Of a DNA stretch of 64,000 bases, positions 30,589 through 39,422 are shown one piece after another. Position 1 is the stretch's first letter, and each line of letters begins with the position of its first letter. The notes under the pieces are model-generated. The model worked only from the letters and a program-made list of their open reading frames with translations, was not told where the DNA came from and searched no databases. The DNA is from Alphaproteobacteria bacterium (GTDB lineage: Bacteria > Pseudomonadota > Alphaproteobacteria > CALKHQ01): assembly GCA_965227515.1 (NCBI GenBank), contig CBDDFZ010000001.1:160001-224000 (forward strand), written 5' to 3'. Position numbers and translations under genes: made by a program.

Positions 30589-32334
30589 ATGTCCGCCGAT
30601 ATCGCCAGCGCCACAACCGAGCCTCGATATACCCGCCGCGACGGGCGCGGCATGCCGTTCGCCGGCGCGCGCCTGTGGCCGGTGGCGATCATCGTCGCCG
30701 CTGCCGTCCTGATGATGGTGCCGGTGCTGATCTACGGCCCGCCGAACGGGCACAGCCTGCCCTTCAACATCAACTGGCATCGCTTCTTCGCCGACCAGTT
30801 CTGGCAGGGCGACCTCTATCCGCGCTGGCTGGCCGACATGAACGGCGGGGCCGGCAGTCCGGTGTTCTTCTTCTACGCCCCGTTGCCGTTCTACCTCTCC
30901 GCCCTGGTGGACGGCGCCTGCGGCGGCTGCACGCCGTTTGCCAGCCTGGGCCTGAGCGGTGTGGCGCTGCTGGCCCTGAGCGGGGTGGCGCTTTACGGCT
31001 TCGCATGCGGCCACGCCGGCAAATGGGCAGCCACCATCGGCGCACTGGTCTACATGGGCCTGCCCTATCACCTGGAGGTCAATTTCTGGACCCGGCAGGC
31101 GATCGGCGAGTTCGCGCTCTATCCGTTGATGCCGCTGGCGCTGTTGTGCCTGGACCGGATGGCCGGCCGGCGCGCACCGGCCTGGGTGATCGGCCTCGCG
31201 CTCGCCTATGCCGCGATGGTGGCGACCCACCTGCCGGGCGCGCTGTTGTTCTCGCCGTTCCTGGCGCTCTACGGCGTCATGCGCCTGCGCCGGGTGCGCG
31301 CGCTGCTGGTCGCCGCCGGTGCCGTCCTGTGCGGCATCGGCATTGCCGGCGTCTACCTGCTGCCGGCGCTGACGCTGCAGGAGGCGATCACGCCCGAGGC
31401 GTGGTGGGCGGAGTATTTCCAGTACCAGAACTGGTTCCTGGCCTCGTTCGGGCCGACCGCCAACCCAGAGCTGACCAACCGGCTGACCTGGATCGCCGTC
31501 GCCGTGTCGCTGGCGGCCCTGATCGCGGTGATGCTGGCGCGCCGCGCCGGGCACGCGCAAGGTTTCGGGGTCTGGATCGTGGCCATCGCCGGCGCCTGGG
31601 TGCTGATGACCCCGGTCAGCCAGCCGCTGTGGGCGCACCTGCCACTGCTGGCCAAGGTGCAGTTCCCGTGGCGGGCGATGATCGTGATCGATCTCGCCGC
31701 CGCGGTGACCATCGCGATGGCGGTCGACCGGGTCTGGACCGGCCGGAAACCTGCCGACCGCAAGCGCTTGCCGATCATCGGCGTGGTGCTGGCCGGCGCC
31801 GTGCTGTCCGGCGCGCCCGCGTTCGGTCGGCTCGACCCGCTGATGGACCCCAACTTCATCGCCTTCCGCGACGAGGCGATCGCGCGCGGCGTCGACACCC
31901 GCGAATACCGCCCGGCTTGGGTGGGGCACGATGTCGAGGAACTGCCGTTGCTGCGCCAGCGGCTGGACGATCTGCCCCAGGGCTGGGCCGACACCGGCGA
32001 GGCCACGGTCGCTATCGACAATTGGGGCCCGCGCGCCATCGACCTGACCGTGACCGCCGAGACCGATACGACGGTCACCGTGAAGCAGTTCTATTGGCTG
32101 GGCTGGCGCGCCCGCGGTGCCCTTGGCGCACCGGTGGAGCTGTCGCCCTCGGCACCCGACGGGCTGGTGACGTTCGACCTGCCGGCCGGCCGCCATGTCA
32201 TCGAACTCCGGCTGCGGCCGATCTGGGCCGAACAGTACGGTTCGGCGATCAGCGTGGTGGCGCTCCTCTGCCTCGCGGCGCTGGCCGCCCAGGTCGGATT
32301 CGGCGGACGCGCGCAACGTCGGCAGCAGGGTTGA
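30589..32334 (+). CDS. Polytopic membrane protein, GT-C/YfhO-like (PTPS-related membrane domain)
   Basis: G.LYPRWL..MN.G.GSP.FFFYAPLP motif, many TM helices, QFPWR. Confidence 0.75.
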   Translation: MSADIASATTEPRYTRRDGRGMPFAGARLWPVAIIVAAAVLMMVPVLIYGPPNGHSLPFNINWHRFFADQFWQGDLYPRWLADMNGGAGSPVFFFYAPLPFYLSALVDGACGGCTPFASLGLSGVALLALSGVALYGFACGHAGKWAATIGALVYMGLPYHLEVNFWTRQAIGEFALYPLMPLALLCLDRMAGRRAPAWVIGLALAYAAMVATHLPGALLFSPFLALYGVMRLRRVRALLVAAGAVLCGIGIAGVYLLPALTLQEAITPEAWWAEYFQYQNWFLASFGPTANPELTNRLTWIAVAVSLAALIAVMLARRAGHAQGFGVWIVAIAGAWVLMTPVSQPLWAHLPLLAKVQFPWRAMIVIDLAAAVTIAMAVDRVWTGRKPADRKRLPIIGVVLAGAVLSGAPAFGRLDPLMDPNFIAFRDEAIARGVDTREYRPAWVGHDVEELPLLRQRLDDLPQGWADTGEATVAIDNWGPRAIDLTVTAETDTTVTVKQFYWLGWRARGALGAPVELSPSAPDGLVTFDLPAGRHVIELRLRPIWAEQYGSAISVVALLCLAALAAQVGFGGRAQRRQQG

Positions 32335-32382
32335 TTTCCCGGCGCCGGATGCCCATTATTGTCGTTTGGCGAATGCCACTGC

Positions 32383-32458
32383 GTCCCCATCGTCTAGTGG
32401 CCTAGGACATCGGCCTCTCACGCCGAAAACAGGGGTTCGACTCCCCTTGGGGACGCCA
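32383..32458 (+). tRNA. tRNA-Glu (CTC)
   Basis: GTCCCCATCGTCTAGTGGCCTAGGACA-TCGGC CTCTCAC GCCGA-...GGTTCGACTCC...CCA, 76 nt. Confidence 0.96.
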
Positions 32459-33971
32459 TCTTGCTACTACCCCCCTTCAGCTGGTCCAAAACCCAGAAGG
32501 GAAGCGACTTTCCGGCGGTTCGAACTCCGCCGTTTCGCGCATAGGCGGGTCTTTCGGCAAAAACCAGTTTCAGGGCCGTCCGCCTGTCCTCGAGCCGCTC
32601 CGAAATCCAGAGTTTCTGCGGGTTTCGCAAAAAGCTCATGGCGGTTCGAAATCTCTCATCAAAGCTTTGCGGCGCTACGCCGCGCTTGCGGGTTTGTCCG
32701 TCCAGCTCGGCCCGGCGTTCCTCCAGCGAGCGGATGCGGTTCTCGTAGGCCGCGATCACGGTCTCGCTGCTCGCCGCCATGATCCGGTCGAGCAAGGCTC
32801 CGACCTTCTGCTCAATTCCGGCCAGCTCTGCCTTGGCATCCCGGACCTGCTCCTCCGCGTCGGCGTTGTGGCTGTCCCACAGCTCCCGGAACAAAGCCAC
32901 GGCCTGGTCCGCCGCCTCCTCCGTGGGACAGAGGGCGCGCATCTCCTCATCGAAATCGCCTTCCAGCTTCTCGCGGCGGATGGACTTGCCGTAGCTGGCG
33001 CAGCCCTTCGTCGGGCAGAGATAATAGGGATACTGCCGAGCGCGCCCGCGCGAGTAGCAGGCGGTTAGCGGTTTTCCGCAATCGCCGCAGAGCACGAAAC
33101 CCCGCAACGGGAAGCTCTCATGCAGGTCCTTGCGGGCGGGCACCCTGGCCCCTTCCTTCAAGCGGCGCTGAATCGCCCGAAACGTGTCGAAACCGATGAG
33201 CGGTTCGTGCTTGGCAGGCTGGAGCCGCACGCTCCAATTCGCCAGGTCGATATATCCGGCGTAGAGCGTGTTGGTCAGGATGTCGGTGACGCGCTGATTG
33301 CGGATTTCGCCCCGGCTGTCGCGCGGGAACTCCGGGTGCGCGGCTAGGAAGCGCTTGACCTCGGCCTGGGTGTCGAAGCGTCCGCAAGCAAATCCCTCCA
33401 GCGCCTCGGCGACGATGGAAGCCAGGGGCTCGTCCCGGACCATCATCTTGCCGTGGCCGGAAACGCGCTCGAAGCGGTAGCCGAAGATCGCGCCAAACAC
33501 CCAGTAGCCGTTCATGGCCCGCGCCCGCATGCGGTTGCGGGTCTGCTCGCCGTTCTTCTGGCGCTGGTGTTGGGAGACTGAGGCCAACATGTTCTCGACC
33601 AACTGGCTGTCGGAGTCCTCGCCGAACTCGATGGACGGGGACTCCAGCCTGCCGCCGACCGACCCAATGGCGCTGCGCAGCTTGAGATGAGCTTCCAGGC
33701 CGCGCGCCAGGCGGCTGATGTCGTCGATGATGACGGCGCAGCTCTGCCCGCCCTGGCGCTTGAGGAATTTGAGCATGGCTTGCATGCCGGGACGGTCGAT
33801 CAGCCCGCCGGATACGTCGTCCCGGAAAACCTCGATCACCCGGTAGCCCTTGTACCTGGCATATTCCCGGCAGCGGGTTTCCTGGGAGGCGAGGCCGTCG
33901 CCCTGGGTGGTCTGCTTGGTGCTGGAGACGCGGCAATAGATCACCGCGCTTTGCTGGGTATGGGTCTTCAT
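32418..33971 (-). CDS. Large serine recombinase (resolvase + recombinase + Zn-ribbon domains)
   Basis: IYCRVSS catalytic motif, DDISRLAR, C.DCG...YY.C....C; 3' end overlaps tRNA-Glu on the antisense strand. Confidence 0.93.
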   Translation of the reverse strand: MKTHTQQSAVIYCRVSSTKQTTQGDGLASQETRCREYARYKGYRVIEVFRDDVSGGLIDRPGMQAMLKFLKRQGGQSCAVIIDDISRLARGLEAHLKLRSAIGSVGGRLESPSIEFGEDSDSQLVENMLASVSQHQRQKNGEQTRNRMRARAMNGYWVFGAIFGYRFERVSGHGKMMVRDEPLASIVAEALEGFACGRFDTQAEVKRFLAAHPEFPRDSRGEIRNQRVTDILTNTLYAGYIDLANWSVRLQPAKHEPLIGFDTFRAIQRRLKEGARVPARKDLHESFPLRGFVLCGDCGKPLTACYSRGRARQYPYYLCPTKGCASYGKSIRREKLEGDFDEEMRALCPTEEAADQAVALFRELWDSHNADAEEQVRDAKAELAGIEQKVGALLDRIMAASSETVIAAYENRIRSLEERRAELDGQTRKRGVAPQSFDERFRTAMSFLRNPQKLWISERLEDRRTALKLVFAERPAYARNGGVRTAGKSLPFWVLDQLKGGSSKMASPRGVEPLFSA

Positions 33972-34035
33972 CGCTTACGTCTTTCCGCCGCCGGATGACC
34001 GGGCGGCCTGTCTCATGTGCTCCTTGTCGATTCTA

Positions 34036-34856
34036 GGGCCTGTTGAGATTCATCGCGAGTTTATGACAGCTGCTGCGAGATGGATGATGGCGTTGAAGCT
34101 TGTGTCGGTTTTGTCTGCACGCATGGCGATTCGCTTGAACTCTTTGAGTTTGCAGAAGAAGTTTTCGATCAGATGACGCCATTTGTACATCTCGGCGTCG
34201 ATTTGCAGCGGGCTGGCGCGGCGCGGATGCTGGGATATGACGATCTTGGCACCGCGCTCGTTGAGGTCAGCAACGATGGCGCTGGTGTCGAACGCTTTGT
34301 CCGCGATCATCGCCTTGAAGGAGAGTCCGTCGATGAGCGGCGGCACGCCAACCGTATCGTAGCGATGGCCGGGCAGGAGCACGAAACGCACCAGATTGCC
34401 AAGCGCATCACACAGCGCGAGGATCTTCGTCGTCATCCCGCCCTTGGAGCGGCCGATGGCCTGGCTTTGAGTCCCCCTTTTGCGCCCTGGCCGTGGCGGT
34501 GCACCTTGACAATGGTGGCATCAACCATGGCGTATTCCATGTCCGGCTCGTCCAAGCAGGCCTCGAACAGCCGCACGAAGACGTCTGCTTTGACCCAGTC
34601 GCGGTATCGCTTAAAGACCGTGTTCCAAGGGCCAAAAGATGTCGGGAGATCACGCCACGGGCTGCCCGTACGCACCACCCACAGCACGGCTTCGACAAAG
34701 CGCCGGTTGTCAGCGCCACTGCGGCCCGGATCGCTCGGCTTGCCCAAGCAATGGGGTTCCATCTTCGCCCATTGGGCGTCACTCAGTACGAATCGTTCCA
34801 TCCGAAGCTTGAATCACAACCAAGCACGGAGAGGAATCCTGAATCTCAACAGGCCT
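34036..34856 (-). mobile_element. IS5-family element (IS427-like, two-ORF frameshifted transposase), 821 bp, copy 1
   Basis: TIR GGCCTGTTGAGATTCA, TA flanks; OrfA 34433-34801 and OrfB ending 34050; AAAAGGGGG slippery site; ADKAFD and YKWRHLIENFF motifs. Confidence 0.92.
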
Positions 34857-34858
34857 TA

Positions 34859-35906
34859 GAGCGGGATCGTTTTATGCGGAAGCGTATCCTGCATTGACGA
34901 TGTAGTTGTTGCATTCGTGTGGCTGGAACGCGTCGAGTAGTTTTCCGATACGCCGCCATGTGTCGTCGATGGTGCGCTCTGCGGCGCGCCTGAGCAGGTG
35001 CTTGAGCTTGGCGAACACCTGCTCGATGGGATTGAGGTCGGGGCTGTAGGGCGGCAGGAAGAGCAGCCTTGCGCCGGCCTGGCGCAGGGCGGCCCGTACG
35101 GCCTTGCCCTTGTGGCTGCCCAGGTTGTCCATGATGACGATGTCGCCGGGTTTGAGCGTCGGCACCAGGATCTGCTCGACATAGGCGAGGAAGGCCTGAC
35201 CGTTAATCGGGCCGTCGAAGACGCACGGTGCGGTGAGCTGGTCGCAGCGCAGGGCGGCGAGGAAGGTCAGGGTGCGCCAGCGGCCGTGCGGTGCCTTGCC
35301 GACGAGGCGACGACCGCGCCGGCTCCAACCGCGCAACGGCGCCATGTTGGTCTTGGCCCAGGTCTCGTCAATGAAGACCAGGCGGGCGGGATCAAGCTTT
35401 GCCTGATGACGCTTCCAGCGCGCGCGCCGCCGCGCCACGTCGGGACGATCCTGCTCGCTGGCCAGCGCGGTTTTTTTTGAAGCTCAATCCCTCGGCATGC
35501 ACAAAGCGCCAGATCGCGCCGTAGCTCACCCGGATGCCGCGATCGGCCAGCTCGCGCTGCAAGGAGCGCAAGGGAAGGTGCGGCTCGGCTGCCAAACGGG
35601 CCTGCACGAAGTCGCGATGCGGCGCCAATATGATCCGCTTGTGGCCACCGACCTTGCCCGGCGCAACACTCCCGGTGCGCCGATACCGCTGCGACCACTT
35701 CACAACCGCAGACACGCTCACATCGAACGCGGATGCCACAGAGCGAACCGTCTCACCGGCCATCACCCGGGCAACAGCACGCTCACGAAGATCATTCGAA
35801 TAGGGTCGACCCATCGCGCCAGCCTCCTCTCAAGACCAACACGTTGAATCAGATTGCCACCCGAGTCGGGAATCCCCTTTCGATTCTTCCAAAAAAGACC
35901 CCGCTC
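34859..35906 (-). mobile_element. IS630-family element, 1048 bp, copy 1
   Basis: GAGCGGG...CCCGCTC ends with TA duplication; HTH OrfA 35392-35814, A8 slippery run, DDE OrfB (FIDET, MDNL..HK, LPPYSPDLNPIE). Confidence 0.93.
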
Positions 35907-36204
35907 TAGGCCAACGGACCAGGTGTTTGAATCGCCGTCCTTACCGGCGGCACGCTCGCCAGTGTGCGAATGTCGCCGACAGCCCTGGCATTGCGGGCCT
36001 TTGCGCCCCACTCTAAATCATGTGGATAAGGGGTGCCTGCACCCCTGCCCTCCGGCGAGGATGGGGGTAGCAAGTGCAAGGAGGCTCCGAACGAGGGGCC
36101 CCGCAAAGCGGGGAGACGTTTGGATGCCTTGCGCGCGCGAGGGGCGAAGCCCCTTAGTGGACAAGAAATACTGACAGGATAGCAAAGCATGCACAGTAGA
36201 AATT

Positions 36205-36222
36205 AATCTTCAATCGAAGATT
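36205..36222. promoter_or_regulatory. Palindrome upstream of the island operon (possible operator)
   Basis: AATCTTC-AATC-GAAGATT, 20 bp before the ATG at 36243. Confidence 0.35.
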
Positions 36223-36242
36223 TTTGATGGTACATTTGAGCT

Positions 36243-36956
36243 ATGGCAATTTCACCGAGGTCAATAAAGATTCTCTGGGCTAATGCTGCGGGACGCTGCT
36301 CATTTGCCGGATGCCTCGAAAAGCTCTGCTTTGGCGAGGCTGCGGACCGCGCGCCGTTCACGCTAGGAGAAATGGCACATATACGCGGAGAACGACCGGG
36401 TTCAAACCGGCATGACCCAGATCAATCACCAGATGAGCGCGATAACTATTCGAACCTGATTCTGTTATGCCCAACTCATCATACGCTCATTGACAAGAAA
36501 GAAAATGAAGCCGAGTACACTGTTGACGTTCTCCACTCCATGAAAGAAAAGCATGAATATTTTGTCCTGGAGCGGCTAGATCGTATGAACGTGAAAGATA
36601 GAGCCGAACTCGTGGCCGAGATACATCGACTTCTTGCAGAAGATCGTGTTGTATGGGAACGATTTGGGCCACTTTCGGACCTCGCGCGGAAAAACCCTCA
36701 TAGCGACGAAGCCCATGCTGTCTGGGTTTCGGAACGCCTTTCTACCATCGTCCCGAACAACCGCCGGATTGTTGAGCTGCTCCGGGAAGGCCATGGATGT
36801 TTTGAGGCGGCCGACCAAGGTGCCATTTCACTATTTTTGATTCACTCCAGGAGCTATGAGAAATGGGTAAATGACGAAATATCCTACGAAGCAGTAGTTC
36901 GTTTCCCGCAGGAGTTCAACGAAATGATCGAGAGGTATGTTAATGCCAGCGTATAG
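36243..36956 (+). CDS. HNH endonuclease (Cap5/SAVED-associated type) with an uncharacterised helical C-terminal domain
   Basis: LW..AAGRCS..GC, GEMAHIRG...G..R and NLILLCPTHHTLIDK motifs. Confidence 0.85.
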   Translation: MAISPRSIKILWANAAGRCSFAGCLEKLCFGEAADRAPFTLGEMAHIRGERPGSNRHDPDQSPDERDNYSNLILLCPTHHTLIDKKENEAEYTVDVLHSMKEKHEYFVLERLDRMNVKDRAELVAEIHRLLAEDRVVWERFGPLSDLARKNPHSDEAHAVWVSERLSTIVPNNRRIVELLREGHGCFEAADQGAISLFLIHSRSYEKWVNDEISYEAVVRFPQEFNEMIERYVNASV

Positions 36957-37353
36957 CGATGAGTTTCCGTGGCCGAGCCATTACGGTCATTTCAATTTTT
37001 TTGAAGAAAGAATGTCTGAACATGGTGAAGTCACATCATATGAATATTTAGGCGATGGCCTATACAATATTGCTAGAGACGATGGGGGTGAGCTAAGGGT
37101 ATTTATTTGCGAGTGCTACAGTTATGGCATGGCTGAATATGAGGAGAGTGTGCAAGCGCATGGAAATATTGACGCAATTATCATCAATTCGAACTGGTGC
37201 GGCTATACGCCGGAACTAAAGAAACATTGCCGAGAACGAGAGGTCGGGGTATTTAACATCAGGGATTTTATGGCTGCACTGAATCGAGAGAAATATTGGC
37301 TCTATTTGAGCGAAGACGAAAAAGACCAGTTCGAACGATTGGGCTGGATTTAG
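36943..37353 (+). CDS. Hypothetical protein, possible restriction-endonuclease-like (Mrr/Card1-like) fold
   Basis: Overlaps the HNH stop; GAGAGG RBS; pattern VFICECY...DAIIINS..GYT.E.K..C.E..VGVF; fold is an inference. Confidence 0.7.
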   Translation: MPAYSDEFPWPSHYGHFNFFEERMSEHGEVTSYEYLGDGLYNIARDDGGELRVFICECYSYGMAEYEESVQAHGNIDAIIINSNWCGYTPELKKHCREREVGVFNIRDFMAALNREKYWLYLSEDEKDQFERLGWI

Positions 37354-37658
37354 TGGAAAATGTAACGGTATACGGATTTGGTTCATATTTTCGGGGCAGT
37401 AAGTTTGCAGAAGATATTGATATTTTGTTGCTTCACGAAACCACGTCTAAGAAGTCAATAAGCTTTGCCTTGCGGTGCAAGTCGCATATTCTATCAATAT
37501 TACAGAACAGTCATATTACAATTCTCTCCATCGCGGAGGAATCTCAAGTCCGCTTCATTGAGGCGTCCAGGGGGCAGTTTCTTGGACAAGTCAGTGAGGG
37601 TAGGTTTGATGAGGACATGCGGGCAATCGGTGAGAAGATTGCCTCCCAAACAACTTGA
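37353..37658 (+). CDS. Minimal nucleotidyltransferase (Pol-beta superfamily, MNT-like), ~101 aa
   Basis: VYGFGSYFRG....EDIDILL (GS + DxD motif); GTG start overlaps the preceding TAG (TAGTG). Confidence 0.75.
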   Translation: MENVTVYGFGSYFRGSKFAEDIDILLLHETTSKKSISFALRCKSHILSILQNSHITILSIAEESQVRFIEASRGQFLGQVSEGRFDEDMRAIGEKIASQTT

Positions 37659-37694
37659 GAACGCAAGGGAGTGATCTCGAATACCGCAACGAGC

Positions 37695-37765
37695 CGGGGG
37701 GATGCAACGGGGGGCGGCACGCCCCCCTTGCCAAGATGGTGTTGTAGTACAACACACATCTTGCG
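37695..37765. other. oriT-like structure (GC hairpin followed by a long palindrome)
   Basis: GCAACGGGGGGCG-GCA-CGCCCCCCTTGC followed by CAAGATG-GTGTTGTA-G-TACAACAC-A-CATCTTG. Confidence 0.5.
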
Positions 37766-37832
37766 GAACGCCTTAATCTCAGCTCCCATGCAGACCCGGC
37801 CCATGTGAACCGGATGTGCGCCTCAGTGTGTC

Positions 37833-37952
37833 TCAGCCGTCGCTCTGGTCATAATCCATAGAATCTGACAGCGCAGTGCCCCCCAGCAGCCTATTCCAGT
37901 CCTCCAGCGTCTGGAACAGGGTGTTCGAACAAAATCCTCTCGGGGACGCCAT
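37833..37952 (-). other. Detached alternative C-terminal coding segment of the serine recombinase (attP form)
   Basis: Reads MASPRGFCSNTLFQTLEDWNRLLGGTALSDSMDYDQSDG*, in register with the recombinase's MASPRG at attL. Confidence 0.7.
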
Positions 37953-38118
37953 TCGACGCCCAAAGTGTTGATGGCGCGTTTTTCCAGACAAGCTGCTGCT
38001 TACTGAGCCTCCTGCTGGTACAGAGTGGTGGTGCCGGCCGGGCGGTCGCGTTAAGACTCAGCCAAGGGGCGCAGGATGCTGCGCCTTGCGCAGACCAACG
38101 CACCTGACCGGACGCGAC

Positions 38119-38808
38119 GTGTCGACTGGACTGACCACCGAAGCCAAGGATGTCCTGCAGAAGACGGCGCTGATGTCCGCCCTCTCGGCGGAAACGGCGG
38201 CGCTCATCGCGTCCACCGCAAACCAGGTCACCTACAGCCGCGGTGCGACGATCTTCCATCGCGGCGATCCGGTAAGCGCGTTTTATGCCGTGGTGGACGG
38301 CTGGGTGAAGATCAGCCGGGTCACGCAGACAGGCAACGAAGCGGTGCTGGCGGTCTACACCCGTGGCCAGAGTTTTGCCGAGGCCGCGGTCTTTCTGTTC
38401 GGCGCCTACCCCGCCAATGCAGAGGCCGCTTGCGACACGACCTTGGTCAAGGTGCCGAGCAACCCACTGAAGGACCTCATCCTCGCCAAGCCGGACATCG
38501 CGCTGGCGATGCTTGGCTCGATGTCGCGGCATCTGCATGAACTAGTCGGCGATATCGAAGCCCTGAAGACCAGGACCGGCGTGCGCCGCGTCGCAGATTT
38601 CCTGTTGTCCCTGTCGCGTATCCCGGAGGGCGGGGAGACCATAATGCTGCCGTTCGAAAAGAGCCTGATCGCCGCCAAGATCGGCATTACGCCGGAAAGC
38701 CTGTCGCGGGCGTTCTCGCGCCTACGCGGCATCGGCATCGAGGCGCGGAACGGGCACGTCGACATCGCCGATGTGTCGGCGTTGCGCGCTTTCGCCAAGG
38801 GCGACTAG
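38119..38808 (+). CDS. Crp/Fnr family regulator (DNR/NnrR-like, no FNR Cys cluster)
   Basis: cNMP-binding fold (G.VKI, FAEAA) and HTH TPESLSR; upstream of nos; start uncertain. Confidence 0.88.
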   Translation: MSTGLTTEAKDVLQKTALMSALSAETAALIASTANQVTYSRGATIFHRGDPVSAFYAVVDGWVKISRVTQTGNEAVLAVYTRGQSFAEAAVFLFGAYPANAEAACDTTLVKVPSNPLKDLILAKPDIALAMLGSMSRHLHELVGDIEALKTRTGVRRVADFLLSLSRIPEGGETIMLPFEKSLIAAKIGITPESLSRAFSRLRGIGIEARNGHVDIADVSALRAFAKGD

Positions 38809-38844
38809 CCAGATCTGGAATCCCGTTATCGTTTTCCTTGCCGC

Positions 38845-38858
38845 TTGACGTTGGTCAA
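38845..38858. promoter_or_regulatory. FNR/DNR-type box
   Basis: Perfect TTGAC-N4-GTCAA palindrome upstream of the cytochrome c-nos operon. Confidence 0.75.
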
Positions 38859-38940
38859 GGCGCGACCCCTCGCGCAGGCAGATCATCCCCCTGGCGCCCA
38901 TGCCGGGCGCAACCGATCACGGTTTTGGGGGATCTTGGCA

Positions 38941-39381
38941 ATGAAAGCGATCCGGCGACTGTCTATCCAATTGTGCGCGCCAGTTTGCGCTGTCGTCGGC
39001 CTGGCCGGCGCGGCGACGGCCCAGGACGGCGATCCGGCCATGGGCGAGCGCGTCTTCACCCGCTGCAGCGCGTGCCATTCGCTGGAAGCGGACACCCATC
39101 TGGTCGGCCCCAGCCTGTCCGACCTTTGGGGGCGGGTGGCCGGCAGCCTGGACGGTTTCGAGAACTACTCCGACGCCATGAAGGCATCCGGCATCGTCTG
39201 GATGCCCGACACGCTGGATCCTTATCTTGAGAACGTCCAGGAGACGGTACCCGGCACCAACATGGCCTTCCCCGGATTGTCCAATCCGGAGCATCGCGCC
39301 CACCTGATCGCCTATTTCATCGAGCTGTTCGGCGCGCCACCGGACGACGCCGAGACCGGTGACGGCGAAAACGGCGGCTAG
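38941..39381 (+). CDS. Class I cytochrome c (c2/c550-like)
   Basis: Signal peptide, CSACH, GPSL, YSDAM and PGTNMAF motifs. Confidence 0.92.
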   Translation: MKAIRRLSIQLCAPVCAVVGLAGAATAQDGDPAMGERVFTRCSACHSLEADTHLVGPSLSDLWGRVAGSLDGFENYSDAMKASGIVWMPDTLDPYLENVQETVPGTNMAFPGLSNPEHRAHLIAYFIELFGAPPDDAETGDGENGG

Positions 39382-39422
39382 GCCCCGACCCGGAGAACGG
39401 CCACCGGCATTCTCAACCCGCC

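Larger units (their letters stand above)
32442..37952. mobile_element. Integrative genomic island at the tRNA-Glu 3' end
   Basis: Direct repeats TCCCCTTGGGGACGCCAT (32442-32459) and TCCTCTCGGGGACGCCAT (37935-37952), 16/18 identical; recombinase at the left end; AT-richer cargo. Confidence 0.85.

Noticed and set aside
36021-36029. DnaA box as evidence of a replication origin
   Set aside because: There is a single box, with no rep gene, iterons or clear unwinding element; mentioned only as part of the structured region.
36243-37658. Calling the island operon CBASS, a retron or HEPN-MNT
   Set aside because: The NTase is only ~101 aa, there is no SAVED/Cap2/Cap3, no reverse transcriptase, and no clear HEPN Rx4-6H motif. 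Left as unassigned.
32418-37952. Island as a prophage or phage satellite
   Set aside because: No structural, primase, AlpA or terminase genes are visible.
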